A stretch of DNA of 63,834 nt, filler included, from 6 parts of 6 records of this genome joined end to end with filler, not necessarily neighbours in it; one strand, 5' to 3'; shown: positions 10,115 to 19,884, numbered from the whole stretch's first letter. Program-made: numbers and translations. The notes: a model not told the origin generated them from the sequence alone.

Positions 10115-11131
10115 TCACGCCATCGGGTGGCGGTAGCCGGCGGAATAGGCACCGGTCACATGGTGTTCGAGTTGGCGTTCGATATCGCCCAACAGGCTGG
10201 AGGCGCCAAAGCGGAACAGGTCGGGCTGGACCCAGCGGTTGCCCAGTTCCTCTTTCATCAAGGAAAGGTAGACCAGCGCGTCCTTGGCCTTTGAGATGCC
10301 GCCTGCGGGTTTGTAGCCGACGTGAAAGCCGGTGCGTGCGTAGTAGTCACGAATGGCGCGGATCATCACCAGCGAGACGGGCAGGGTGGCGTTCACCCCT
10401 TCCTTGCCGGTGGACGTCTTGATGAAATCGGCGCCCGCCATCATGCAGATCATCGAGGCACGGGCGACGTTGCGCAGGGTGCCCAGCTCGCCAGTGGCCA
10501 GGATCGCCTTCACATGCGCCTCGCCACAGGCCTCGCGGAAGGCCTTCATCTCGTCATAGAGCGCCTGCCAGTTGCCAGAGAGCACATGGCGGCGGGAGAT
10601 CACGATGTCGATCTCGCGGGCCCCGGCGCGCACGCTTTCGCGGATCTCTTCGACCCGCAGGTGAAAGGGCGACAGGCCTGCGGGAAAGCCGGTGGAGACG
10701 GCGGCGACCGGGATCTGGGTGCCGTGCAACGCCCGCGCAGCGGCCGGGATCATGTCGTGATAGACACAGACCGCGCCGGTTGTGATGCCCTCCATACCGA
10801 GTTGCGACAGAATTTCTGCGCGCACCGGCTGACGCGCCTTGGCGCAGAGACGCCGCACGCGGGCCTCGGTGTCGTCGCCGGCAAGCGTCGTGAGGTCGAT
10901 GCAGGTGATCGCCTTCAAAAGCCATGCGGCCTGATGGTCTTTTTTGACCGACCGGCGCCCGGGAAGGCTGGCGCAGCGGCGTTCGATGGCGGAGGTGTTG
11001 GCCTCCATCCCGAGTGCCCAATCCAGGTCCAGCTCCATGCCGGGGTTGCGGGGCAAATGTACGCCGGCACCGTCCCCTGAGGGCGATGCAGCGGCGGCTT
11101 TGGCAGGGGCGTCTGCGGTTTGGCTGTCCAT
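10115..11131 (-). CDS. deoC: Deoxyribose-phosphate aldolase (long type)
   Basis: IDLTTLAGDDT, AVCVY, GFPAG, EIDIVI, KAILATGEL, ADFIKTSTGK, GYKPAGG and FRFGASSLL. The real start is about 11131 (MDSQTAD); the 736-aa ORF is an upstream read-through artefact. Confidence 0.95.
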   Translation of the reverse strand: MDSQTADAPAKAAAASPSGDGAGVHLPRNPGMELDLDWALGMEANTSAIERRCASLPGRRSVKKDHQAAWLLKAITCIDLTTLAGDDTEARVRRLCAKARQPVRAEILSQLGMEGITTGAVCVYHDMIPAAARALHGTQIPVAAVSTGFPAGLSPFHLRVEEIRESVRAGAREIDIVISRRHVLSGNWQALYDEMKAFREACGEAHVKAILATGELGTLRNVARASMICMMAGADFIKTSTGKEGVNATLPVSLVMIRAIRDYYARTGFHVGYKPAGGISKAKDALVYLSLMKEELGNRWVQPDLFRFGASSLLGDIERQLEHHVTGAYSAGYRHPMA

Positions 11132-11248
11132 GTGCGGGAGTCCTCGAAAGATTTGCCCCAAAATCGCACGCCAAACCGCGTTGATGCAAGGTTTCCCATG
11201 GGTTTTCCGCATTCTGTTTTGACCAAAAGGACAAAAAATTGACCTTTC

Positions 11249-11299
11249 TTGAGAATAATTCGCATTTTCATTGACGAAGTTGAGAATCGTTCTCATATT
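11249..11299 (+). promoter_or_regulatory. Two Fur/Mur-type boxes overlapping a sigma70-like promoter of the metal ABC operon
   Basis: TTGAGAATAATTCGCATT at 11249-11266 and the palindrome TGAGAATCGTTCTCA at 11281-11295. -35 TTGACG at 11271-11276, 17-nt spacer, -10 CATATT at 11294-11299. Confidence 0.75.
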
Positions 11300-11344
11300 G
11301 CTGGAAAGAGAAACGAGATTTTTGCGAGCAGGGAGCACGTATAT

Positions 11345-12310
11345 ATGCTGAGCCGACGTCATACTCTTCTGGGGCTGGGTGCTGTGGCCGCACTGGCCAG
11401 TGCGACTCCGGGGCTGGCGGCCGAGGGAAAGCTTACCGTTGTGGCCACCACCGGCATGATCGCCGATGCGGCGCGCCAGATCGGCGGCGCCGAGGTCGAG
11501 GTAAGCGCATTGATGGGCGCAGGCGTGGATCCGCATGCCTATCGTCAGACCCGCACCGACATTGCCGCCATGACCCGGGCAGACCTGGTGCTGTGGCACG
11601 GGCTCTACCTCGAAGCACAGATGGAAGACTTCTTCCATTCGCTGGCGCGCAAGCGTGTGGTGGTGCCGGTGGCCGAGGCGATGTCCAAGGATCTGCTGCG
11701 CGGCCATGATGATTACGCCGACAAATACGACCCCCACGTCTGGATGAGCCCGGAGATGTGGAAGCATGTGGTGCGCGAAGTGGCGCGGGCGCTCACCGAG
11801 GCCCGCCCGGCGGCGGCGGATCTCTTTGCCGCCAATCTGGAGCGTCACCTGGGTGAGTTGGATCGCCTGTCGGACTACGGCCGCAGGGTTGTCGCCGGCG
11901 TGCCGGATGACAACCGGGTGCTGGTCACCGCGCATGACGCCTTTGGCTATTTCGGGCGCGACTACGGGTTTGACGTGCTGGGCATTCAGGGCATCTCCAC
12001 CCAGTCCGAGGCCGGTCTGAACCGTATCGGCGAATTGGTCGACGTGCTGGTGGATCGCCAGGTTAAGGCGGTGTTTGTCGAAACCTCGGTGGCGGATCGC
12101 TCTATGCGTGCCTTGATCGAGGGCGCGGCGGCCAAGGATCATGAGGTGGTCATCGGCGGCGAGCTGTTTTCCGACGCCATGGGCGCGGAGGGCACCTATG
12201 AGGCAACCTATCTTGGTATGTTGGACCACAACTTTACCACCATCGCCGGCGCGTTGGGCGCGGATGTTCCCACCGGCGGCATGGATGGCAAACTCGGGGC
12301 GGGACACTGA
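11345..12310 (+). CDS. Mn/Zn/Fe ABC transporter substrate-binding protein (TroA/SitA/MntC-like), Tat signal
   Basis: Twin-arginine signal MLSRRHTLL; metal-ligand motifs GVDPH, DPHVW, TAHDAFGY and LFSDA. Confidence 0.93.
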   Translation: MLSRRHTLLGLGAVAALASATPGLAAEGKLTVVATTGMIADAARQIGGAEVEVSALMGAGVDPHAYRQTRTDIAAMTRADLVLWHGLYLEAQMEDFFHSLARKRVVVPVAEAMSKDLLRGHDDYADKYDPHVWMSPEMWKHVVREVARALTEARPAAADLFAANLERHLGELDRLSDYGRRVVAGVPDDNRVLVTAHDAFGYFGRDYGFDVLGIQGISTQSEAGLNRIGELVDVLVDRQVKAVFVETSVADRSMRALIEGAAAKDHEVVIGGELFSDAMGAEGTYEATYLGMLDHNFTTIAGALGADVPTGGMDGKLGAGH

Positions 12311-12312
12311 AC

Positions 12313-13116
12313 ATGCAACTTTCACTGGCCAGCCAGAACGGACAGGCTGCGCGCGAGGAGGGGCTGGAGACCAGTCCGCTCGCCATCCGTGGCCTCACCG
12401 TCAGCTATGGCGAGAAACCGGCGGTGTTCTCCGTCGACATGACTGTGGTTCCGGGGCAGATGACCGCGATCATCGGTCCCAACGGCGCCGGCAAATCCAC
12501 CCTGTTGAAGGCCGCCCTGGGCATCGTGCCGCCGGTCTCGGGTCGGGTGCAAGTCTTTGGCCGCCCGCTGGACCATCAGCGCGGGCGCATCGCCTATGTG
12601 CCGCAGCGCGCCTCGGTGGATTGGGATTTCCCGACCCGGGTGATCGACGTGGTGATGATGGGGCTTTATCGCGAGCTGGGGCTGCTGGGTCGTATCCGCG
12701 GCACCCATCGCCAAATCGCATCGGATTGTCTGGATCGCGTCGGCATGAGCGAGTTTGCCGACCGGCAGATCGGTCAGCTCTCCGGTGGGCAGCAGCAACG
12801 GGTGTTTCTGGCGCGCGCGCTGGCACAGGGGGCGGATCTCTACCTGCTGGACGAGCCCTTTGCCGGGGTGGATGCGGCGACGGAGAAGGCGATCATCGGC
12901 GTGCTGAAGGCACTGCGGGCCGAAGGCAAGACCGTGGTCGTGGTGCATCATGACCTGGCGACGGTGCGGGACTATTTCGACAATGTGTTCTTGATCAACA
13001 CCCGCAAGGTCGCCGAAGGCTCGGTGACTGAGGCCTTTACTCCGGACACGTTGCAGTCGGCCTATGGCGGACGTCTGGCCACCGCACAGATCAACCAAAT
13101 CGCGCGGCCGGCATGA
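12313..13116 (+). CDS. Metal ABC transporter ATP-binding protein (TroB/SitB-like)
   Basis: GPNGAGKST, YVPQRASVDWDFP, LSGGQQQRV, LLDEPF and VVVHHDL. Confidence 0.96.
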   Translation: MQLSLASQNGQAAREEGLETSPLAIRGLTVSYGEKPAVFSVDMTVVPGQMTAIIGPNGAGKSTLLKAALGIVPPVSGRVQVFGRPLDHQRGRIAYVPQRASVDWDFPTRVIDVVMMGLYRELGLLGRIRGTHRQIASDCLDRVGMSEFADRQIGQLSGGQQQRVFLARALAQGADLYLLDEPFAGVDAATEKAIIGVLKALRAEGKTVVVVHHDLATVRDYFDNVFLINTRKVAEGSVTEAFTPDTLQSAYGGRLATAQINQIARPA

Positions 13117-13164
13117 CCGCCACGGCGACCTGACATATCTAATTGATACAGAGAGAGGCGGAGC

Positions 13165-14367
13165 ATGCTGATTGACGCGCTGTTCCTGCAAATGGGCTAC
13201 AACGCCACTTTGGTGGCGATCGGGGCGGCGCTGTTGGGCGCGGCCTCGGGGATCACGGGGACCTTCCTGTTCCTGCGCAAGCGGGCGCTGGTGTCCGATG
13301 CCGTGAGCCATGCCACCCTGCCCGGCGTCTGCGTTGCGTTCCTGGTCCTCGTAGCGCTGGGTGGGGATGGCCGCAATCTTGCGGCTCTGCTGATCGGCTC
13401 TGCCGTATCAGCTGGCCTCGGTCTGCTGTGCATGAATTGGCTTACCCGCAACACGCGCCTGGCCGAAGATGCGGCGATCGGTGCAGTGCTATCGGTGTTC
13501 TTTGGCTTTGGCGTGGTGCTGCTGACTGTGATCCAGACGCTGGGGGTTGGCCGGCAGGCGGGGCTTGAGGGGTTCCTGTTGGGCTCCACCGCTGGCATGC
13601 TCTACACCGATGCGCTGGTGATCGCGGGGGGCGGTGCGGCGGTGCTGTTCCTGGTCCTGTTGACGCGACGCCCCATGACCATGGTGGCTTTTGATCCCGA
13701 ATATGCCGCCGCGCGTGGCCTGCCGGTCAGCAAGATCGACATGCTGATGATGGGGCTGGTGATGGCGGTCACCGTGGTGGGCCTCAAGGTGGTGGGGCTG
13801 ATCCTGATAGTGGCGCTGCTGATCATTCCGCCCGTCGCTGCGCGGTTCTGGACTGAACGCGCCGACCAGGTGGTGATCCTTGCAGGCGTTCTGGGTGCTT
13901 TGGCGGCCTATCTCGGTGCGGCCATCTCGGCCTCTGCGCCGAACCTGCCCACCGGGCCGATCATCGTTCTGATGAGCTTTGCGCTCTTTGCCCTGTCGCT
14001 GCTGGTGGCGCCCAACAGAGGTGTGCTCGCCGCCGTGCTGCGACATCAAAGGTTCCAGCGCCGCTTGCATATGCGACAGGGTTTGCTGGCGCTGGCGCAA
14101 GACCAGACCATCTATGAACCGCTCACCCTGCGTCTGCTGTCCCGGGCTGGGTTGGTGCGCGCCGATGGTGTTGCCACACGGTCCGGCCAAGCCCGCGCTG
14201 CCAAGGCGCTGCGCGACGAACGCCGCTGGGACATCCTGCGCCGCGATCAGGCACAGGAGGCAGCGGCAGCGCTTTATGATGGGCTGCGCGAGATTGAAAC
14301 CGTGCTGACCCCGGACCAGATCGCCGCGATTGATCGCGAGATCGGCACCCCCAAGGAGGCCTTCTGA
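13165..14367 (+). CDS. Metal ABC transporter permease (TroC-like) with C-terminal degenerate DtxR-like extension
   Basis: ABC-3 motifs LRKRALVSDAVSHATLPG and FDPEYA; hydrophilic tail of about 120 aa after the last TM helix. Confidence 0.92.
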   Translation: MLIDALFLQMGYNATLVAIGAALLGAASGITGTFLFLRKRALVSDAVSHATLPGVCVAFLVLVALGGDGRNLAALLIGSAVSAGLGLLCMNWLTRNTRLAEDAAIGAVLSVFFGFGVVLLTVIQTLGVGRQAGLEGFLLGSTAGMLYTDALVIAGGGAAVLFLVLLTRRPMTMVAFDPEYAAARGLPVSKIDMLMMGLVMAVTVVGLKVVGLILIVALLIIPPVAARFWTERADQVVILAGVLGALAAYLGAAISASAPNLPTGPIIVLMSFALFALSLLVAPNRGVLAAVLRHQRFQRRLHMRQGLLALAQDQTIYEPLTLRLLSRAGLVRADGVATRSGQARAAKALRDERRWDILRRDQAQEAAAALYDGLREIETVLTPDQIAAIDREIGTPKEAF

Positions 14368-15293
14368 TGGGCAGCGAATTCGTCACCCTTTCCCTCACGC
14401 CGCTGCTGATCGGGATCTTTGCGGCGGTGGCCTGCGCGCTGCCGGGGAATTTCCTGCTGCTGCGCAAGCAGGCGCTGATCGGCGATGCCATCAGCCATGT
14501 GGCGCTGCCGGGCATCGTCGTGGCCTTCCTGCTGACCGGCGCAATCTCCACCTGGCCGATGATGCTGGGCGCGGCAGGCGCGGCGGTGGTCGCGGTGGTG
14601 ATGATCGAGGCGATCCGCCGTCTGGGTCGCATCGAGCCCGGCGCGGCCATGGGCGTTGTCTTCACCACGTTGTTCGCCGCCGGGGTGTTGCTGCTGGAGC
14701 AGAGCGATACCTCCTCCGTGCATCTGGATGTGGAACATGCGCTCTATGGCAACCTTGAAAGCCTGATCTGGCTTGATGGCACCGGCTGGGGATCGCTGCT
14801 GGATCCGCAGGCGCTGGCCTATCTGCCAGTGGAGCTGCCGCGCATGGCAGCGACGCTGGTGGTGGTGGCGGGCTTCATCGCGCTGTTCTGGCGTCCGCTG
14901 AAGATTGCGACTTTCGACGAAAGCTTCGCCCGTACCATCGGGATGCGGACTGATCTGCTGGGGCTGGCGCTGGTGATCACGGCGGCGATCGCGGCGGTGG
15001 CGGCCTTTGATGCGGTTGGGTCGATCATCGTGATCGCCATGTTCATCTGCCCGCCCGCCGCGGCGCGGATGATGACCAACCGGCTCGAACTGCAGATCGC
15101 CTGGAGCGTCGCCTTCGCCACCCTCTCGGCCATCGTCGGCTATGTCCTGGCGGGCTATGGTCCGATCTGGATCGGCATGGGGGATGCGGTCAGCGCGGCG
15201 GGCATGATCGCCACCATCTCCGGTGTGATCCTGGCGATTGCCGCATTGTTCGGCCCCTGTCGCGGGCGTGCGGGGGCGCCGTCGGGCGTGTAA
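14367..15293 (+). CDS. Metal ABC transporter permease (TroD-like)
   Basis: LLRKQALIGDAISHVALPG, VHLDVEHALYG, TFDESFA and AFDAVGSI; 1-bp overlap with the upstream gene. Confidence 0.93.
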   Translation: MGSEFVTLSLTPLLIGIFAAVACALPGNFLLLRKQALIGDAISHVALPGIVVAFLLTGAISTWPMMLGAAGAAVVAVVMIEAIRRLGRIEPGAAMGVVFTTLFAAGVLLLEQSDTSSVHLDVEHALYGNLESLIWLDGTGWGSLLDPQALAYLPVELPRMAATLVVVAGFIALFWRPLKIATFDESFARTIGMRTDLLGLALVITAAIAAVAAFDAVGSIIVIAMFICPPAAARMMTNRLELQIAWSVAFATLSAIVGYVLAGYGPIWIGMGDAVSAAGMIATISGVILAIAALFGPCRGRAGAPSGV

Positions 15294-15383
15294 CCGCCGA
15301 GTGCCGCGCCCCCGTTGTACAGACCACCCGGAGCGCGTATTCCGGGTGGCAGAATCGTGCTCTCGCATGCTAAATATTGGGTT

Positions 15384-17321
15384 ATGTCTACTATCGACCC
15401 CCAAATCAGCGAAAATCCCGTGACTCAGGCTGCGTCTGCACCTCGGCCCGTCATTCGCCAGCTGGACGACAGCGCCATCAACCGCATCGCCGCGGGGGAG
15501 GTGGTCGAACGTCCGGCCTCGGCGGTGAAGGAGTTGGTGGAGAACGCCATCGACGCCGGGGCGACCCGCATCACGGTCGAAATCGCCGATGGCGGCAAGA
15601 CGCTGATCCGGGTGACCGACAATGGCTGCGGCATGACCCCTCAGGATCTGCCGCTGGCCCTGTCACGCCATGCGACCTCCAAGATCGACGGCTCGGATCT
15701 GCTGAACATCCACACCTTCGGCTTTCGCGGCGAGGCGCTGCCCAGCCTCGGCGCGGTTGGGCGGCTGACCATTACAAGTCGTGCCGAGGGGCATGACGCG
15801 GCGCAGATCCGTGTGGCGGGCGGGCAGATGGAGGCGGTGAAACCCGCCGCCCTGCGTCAGGGCTCCATCGTGGAGCTGCGCGATCTGTTCTTTGCCACGC
15901 CGGCGCGGCTGAAATTCATGCGCACCGACCGGGCCGAAAGCCAGGCGATCTCCGACACCGTGAAGCGGCTGGCGATGGCGGAGCCTGCGGTGGGCTTTAC
16001 CCTGCGCGATGTGTCCGGCGGTGGCGAGGGGCGCGTGACCTTCCGGGCCGACCCCATGAGTGGCGATCTGTTTGACGCGCTGCATGGGCGCCTGGCGCAT
16101 GTCATTGGCCGGGAGTTCGCCGAAAACGCGCTGAAGATCGACGCCACACGTGAGGGCATTCGCCTCTACGGCTATGCGGCGCTGCCGACCTATTCGCGCG
16201 GCGCGGCGGTGACGCAGTTCCTGTTCGTGAATACGCGGCCGGTAAAGGACAAGATGCTCACCGGGGCGCTGCGGGCCGCCTATATGGATTTCCTCAGCCG
16301 CGACCGGCACCCGGCGGCAGCGCTGTTCATCGATTGCGAGCCGACGCTGGTCGACGTGAACGTGCATCCGGCAAAATCCGAGGTGCGCTTTCGCGATCCG
16401 GGACTGGCGCGGGGGCTGATCGTCTCCTCCTTGCGCCATGCGCTGGCGGAGGCCGGTCATCGCGCCTCCAGCACCGTGGCGGGCGCCACCCTGGGGGCGA
16501 TGCGACCTGAACAGCCCACTGCGAGTGGGGCACCACGGGTCTACCAAATGGACCGGCCCTCTCTCGGCGCGCGCAACAGTGCTTATGCGGCGCAATCCCC
16601 CGGCCTGCCGCCCGCACCGTCCTATCCTGCGCCGCCACCGGCAGAGGAAAATGCGGGCTTTGCAGAGTTTTCCGCCGCCTATAGTGGCCGTCTGGTCGAA
16701 GAGCCTGTCAGCGCCGAGCCGGAGACGCAGCCCGTCGAGGATTTGCCCCTGGGGGCCGCGAGGGGACAGGTGCATGAGAATTACATTATCGCCCAGACCC
16801 GCGACGGCATGGTGATCGTCGACCAGCACGCCGCGCACGAAAGATTGGTTTATGAAAAGCTGAAACACCAGATGGCGGATACCGGCGTTGCCGCGCAGGC
16901 GTTGCTGATCCCGGAGATCATCGAGCTGTCGGAGGGGGACTGTGCCCGGCTGCTGGAGGTGGCGGAGGAACTGGCAAAGTTCGGCCTTGGCATCGAGGCC
17001 TTTGGCGGCAACGCCGTGGCGGTGCGGGAAACCCCTGCGATCCTCGGCGAGGTCAATGCAGAGGCGATGATTCGCGACATCCTCGACGAGCTGGCCGATC
17101 AGGGAGAGAGCCAGCTGGTACAGGCACGTCTGGAAGCGATCCTGAGCCGGGTGGCCTGTCATGGCTCCATCCGCTCGGGCCGGCGCATGCGCGGCGAGGA
17201 GATGAACGCGCTGTTGCGCGAGATGGAAGAGACGCCCCATTCTGGCCAGTGCAACCATGGTCGCCCGACCTATGTGGAACTCAAACTTGCTGACATCGAA
17301 CGCCTGTTTGGTCGCAGCTGA
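15384..17321 (+). CDS. mutL: DNA mismatch repair endonuclease MutL
   Basis: NRIAAGEVVERPASAVKELVENAIDAGA, GFRGEALPS, DVNVHPAK, endonuclease motif DQHAAHER, ACHGSI and CNHGRPT. Confidence 0.98.
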   Translation: MSTIDPQISENPVTQAASAPRPVIRQLDDSAINRIAAGEVVERPASAVKELVENAIDAGATRITVEIADGGKTLIRVTDNGCGMTPQDLPLALSRHATSKIDGSDLLNIHTFGFRGEALPSLGAVGRLTITSRAEGHDAAQIRVAGGQMEAVKPAALRQGSIVELRDLFFATPARLKFMRTDRAESQAISDTVKRLAMAEPAVGFTLRDVSGGGEGRVTFRADPMSGDLFDALHGRLAHVIGREFAENALKIDATREGIRLYGYAALPTYSRGAAVTQFLFVNTRPVKDKMLTGALRAAYMDFLSRDRHPAAALFIDCEPTLVDVNVHPAKSEVRFRDPGLARGLIVSSLRHALAEAGHRASSTVAGATLGAMRPEQPTASGAPRVYQMDRPSLGARNSAYAAQSPGLPPAPSYPAPPPAEENAGFAEFSAAYSGRLVEEPVSAEPETQPVEDLPLGAARGQVHENYIIAQTRDGMVIVDQHAAHERLVYEKLKHQMADTGVAAQALLIPEIIELSEGDCARLLEVAEELAKFGLGIEAFGGNAVAVRETPAILGEVNAEAMIRDILDELADQGESQLVQARLEAILSRVACHGSIRSGRRMRGEEMNALLREMEETPHSGQCNHGRPTYVELKLADIERLFGRS

Positions 17322-17332
17322 AGGAGCATCTG

Positions 17333-18568
17333 ATGGAAGGCATGGATGACGCCATCGCCAATATGGACACGCTGGGGCTGATCCTGCTGGGCGCGGGAGC
17401 CGTGCTGCTGCTGTTGGTGGTGCTCCTTGTGCAGTCGATGCGCAGCGCCGCGCGCACCGCCCGCGCCATTGAGCCGCTGGGTCAGCAGATGAGCACCCTC
17501 AGCCAGGTGGCGCAGCAGCTCTCTTCGGGCCAGGAGTCGCTGCGCGGCAATCTGCAGACCGTGTCGGACACCCAGGCCAATGCGCAGCTGCAGATTTTGC
17601 AAACGATGGAATCCCGTCTGGGCGATGTGCAGCAGCGCATGAACGATCGGCTGGCGGACAATGCGATGAAACAGGCCCGCGCGATCTCCGATATGCAGGA
17701 ACGCATGAGCGAGAGCCTGCATGGCAATGCCAAACGCACTGCCACCTCACTGACGCAGCTGCAGGAGCGGCTGGCGGTGATCGACAAGGCACAGGACAAT
17801 ATCACCAAGCTGTCGGGTGATGTGCTGTCGCTGCAGGATATCCTGTCCAACAAGCAGACGCGCGGGGCATTCGGGGAAATCCAGCTCAACGATATCGTGT
17901 CCAAGGCGCTGCCGACGGACGCCTATGCGTTTCAATACACGCTGTCGAACGGCAAGCGCGCGGATTGCCTGATCCATCTGCCCAACCCGCCGGGGCCGAT
18001 CGTGATCGACAGCAAATTCCCGCTGGAACCCTATGAGGCGTTGCGCAATGCCGAGACGCAGGACGCGCGTGCGCAGGCGGTGCGGCTGCTCAAAGGCGCG
18101 CTCCGAAAACACATTCGGGACATCTCGGAAAAATACATCCTGGATGGCGAGACAGCCGATGGTGCGTTGTTGTTCCTGCCTTCCGAAGCGGTCTATGCCG
18201 AATTGCATGCAAATTTTTCCGACGTGGTGCGCGAAGGGTTTTCGCTCAAGGTCTGGATCGTCTCGCCCACCACCTGCATGGCGACGCTGAACACCATGCG
18301 CGCCATCCTCAAGGACGCGCGCATGCGCGAGCAGGCCGGCGCCATCCGCAAGGAATTGGGCCTGCTGCACAAGGATGTGGAGCGGCTAGGGGATCGGGTC
18401 GGCAGTCTGGATCGCCACTTTGGCCAGGCGCAGAAGGACATCTCCGACATCAAGATCAGCGCCGACAAGGCTGGGCGCCGGGCGCAGCGGCTGGATAATT
18501 TCGACTTCGAGGAGCTGAGCCAGGACAGCGTCAGCCAGGTGGTCGCACTGGAAACTCCAGGCGAATGA
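17333..18568 (+). CDS. rmuC: DNA recombination protein RmuC
   Basis: N-terminal TM helix and coiled coil; RGAFGEIQL, RADCLI, VIDSKFP, IRDISEKYI, LFLPSEAVY and IVSPTT. Confidence 0.95.
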   Translation: MEGMDDAIANMDTLGLILLGAGAVLLLLVVLLVQSMRSAARTARAIEPLGQQMSTLSQVAQQLSSGQESLRGNLQTVSDTQANAQLQILQTMESRLGDVQQRMNDRLADNAMKQARAISDMQERMSESLHGNAKRTATSLTQLQERLAVIDKAQDNITKLSGDVLSLQDILSNKQTRGAFGEIQLNDIVSKALPTDAYAFQYTLSNGKRADCLIHLPNPPGPIVIDSKFPLEPYEALRNAETQDARAQAVRLLKGALRKHIRDISEKYILDGETADGALLFLPSEAVYAELHANFSDVVREGFSLKVWIVSPTTCMATLNTMRAILKDARMREQAGAIRKELGLLHKDVERLGDRVGSLDRHFGQAQKDISDIKISADKAGRRAQRLDNFDFEELSQDSVSQVVALETPGE

Positions 18569-19884
18569 GGGTCTTGCCGAAACGGCGGCGGATTTCACCT
18601 GATGCGGCCCTGTTGCGCGAGGCAGAGCTGAGAGCCGAAAAAGTTGTCTCGATCCTTCGGATGTTCGTGGCACTGGGGCTGATGGTTGTCTTCTTCCTCG
18701 CGGTCGGCGAACCGCCGGAGGAGATCGCGGACTTTCTGCGCAAACAGTGGATCTTTGCGGTCCTGTCGATGTTCTCGTATCTCTTGCTGGGCGCTCTGAC
18801 GCTCTGGCTGGCGCGCAGTGGACGCTTCCGGCGCTGGATGGTCTGGCCTGTCGTGACGCTGGATTGCCTGTTCATGTTGGTGAACGCCTGGGTTGGTCTG
18901 GAGAACGTGTCGATGCCCGGCGCCTTGACCTTCCTGCTGCCTCCGACCTGGTTGGTGCCGCTTGTGCTGGCCTTTGCGGTGTTGCGGTTCAACCCTTATC
19001 TGCAGGCCTATTGCGTGGCGCTGATCGTTGGTGGCCTCGGTTATCTAAGCTTTGTCACGGAGGTTACCATCACACCTGACATCGCCAGCCGTGTGCAGCA
19101 TCTGGTGGCGGTGCCGCCCAATATCGTGCGACTGGCGATGATCCTGCTCGCGGGCGTGGTGCTGGTGGTGGCGGCCGCAGCGCTGCGGGGCCTGTTGCAT
19201 CGCGCCCTGATCGAGACAGAAAAACGCCTGTTGCTGACCCGGTACCTGCCTGCGCGGTTGGCCGAGCGGATGCAGACAGAGGATCTGGACGATCTGCGTC
19301 AGGGAAAGCGGCAGGACATGGCGGTGATGTTCATCGACATTCGCGGTTTCACCTCCTGGGCAGAGGGACGTGACCCGGCGGAAGTCGGCGCCTTTGTCAC
19401 CGAATATCGCATCCGCGTACAACGCGCCGCCCGCCAGACGCATGGCATGGTCGACAAGTTCATTGGCGACGGTGCCATGCTGTTGTTTGATGGCGCAGAG
19501 GCGCCGAAACGGGCGTTGCAATGTGCCATGCAATTGTCGGCAGAGATGCAGGAGTGGTCCATGCTGCGGCATGCTGAGGGGCGTCCGGATGTGCATGTCG
19601 GCATTGGGCTGCATTGGGGCGAGGTGTTCTCCGGCGTGGTCGGAGACGAAGACCGGCTTGAATACACGGCGCTTGGCGACACGGTGAACACCGCGTCGCG
19701 GCTGGAGCAGATGACCAAGACCAATGACATGGAAATTATCGTGTCGGCAGCCGTTCTGGAGGCCGCCAATCTGCCCATGCCCGAGCGCGAGGAATGGGTG
19801 ACGCTGGATCCCGAGCCGTTGCGCGGGCGCAGTCAGCCGCTCGCGCTTTTCGGGCGACCACGGGGCGCGTCAGCTCAGGCCTGA
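18565..19884 (+). CDS. Membrane-anchored class III adenylate/guanylate cyclase
   Basis: Several N-terminal TM helices; MFIDIRGFT, DKFIGDGAM, GIGLHWG and EYTALGDTVNTASRLE. Confidence 0.92.
   Translation: MRVLPKRRRISPDAALLREAELRAEKVVSILRMFVALGLMVVFFLAVGEPPEEIADFLRKQWIFAVLSMFSYLLLGALTLWLARSGRFRRWMVWPVVTLDCLFMLVNAWVGLENVSMPGALTFLLPPTWLVPLVLAFAVLRFNPYLQAYCVALIVGGLGYLSFVTEVTITPDIASRVQHLVAVPPNIVRLAMILLAGVVLVVAAAALRGLLHRALIETEKRLLLTRYLPARLAERMQTEDLDDLRQGKRQDMAVMFIDIRGFTSWAEGRDPAEVGAFVTEYRIRVQRAARQTHGMVDKFIGDGAMLLFDGAEAPKRALQCAMQLSAEMQEWSMLRHAEGRPDVHVGIGLHWGEVFSGVVGDEDRLEYTALGDTVNTASRLEQMTKTNDMEIIVSAAVLEAANLPMPEREEWVTLDPEPLRGRSQPLALFGRPRGASAQA

Noticed and set aside
10115-12325. Apparent 736-aa DeoC fusion protein
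   Set aside because: The N-terminal ~400 aa are the antisense of the metal-binding protein gene and its promoter; the real deoC starts near 11131.
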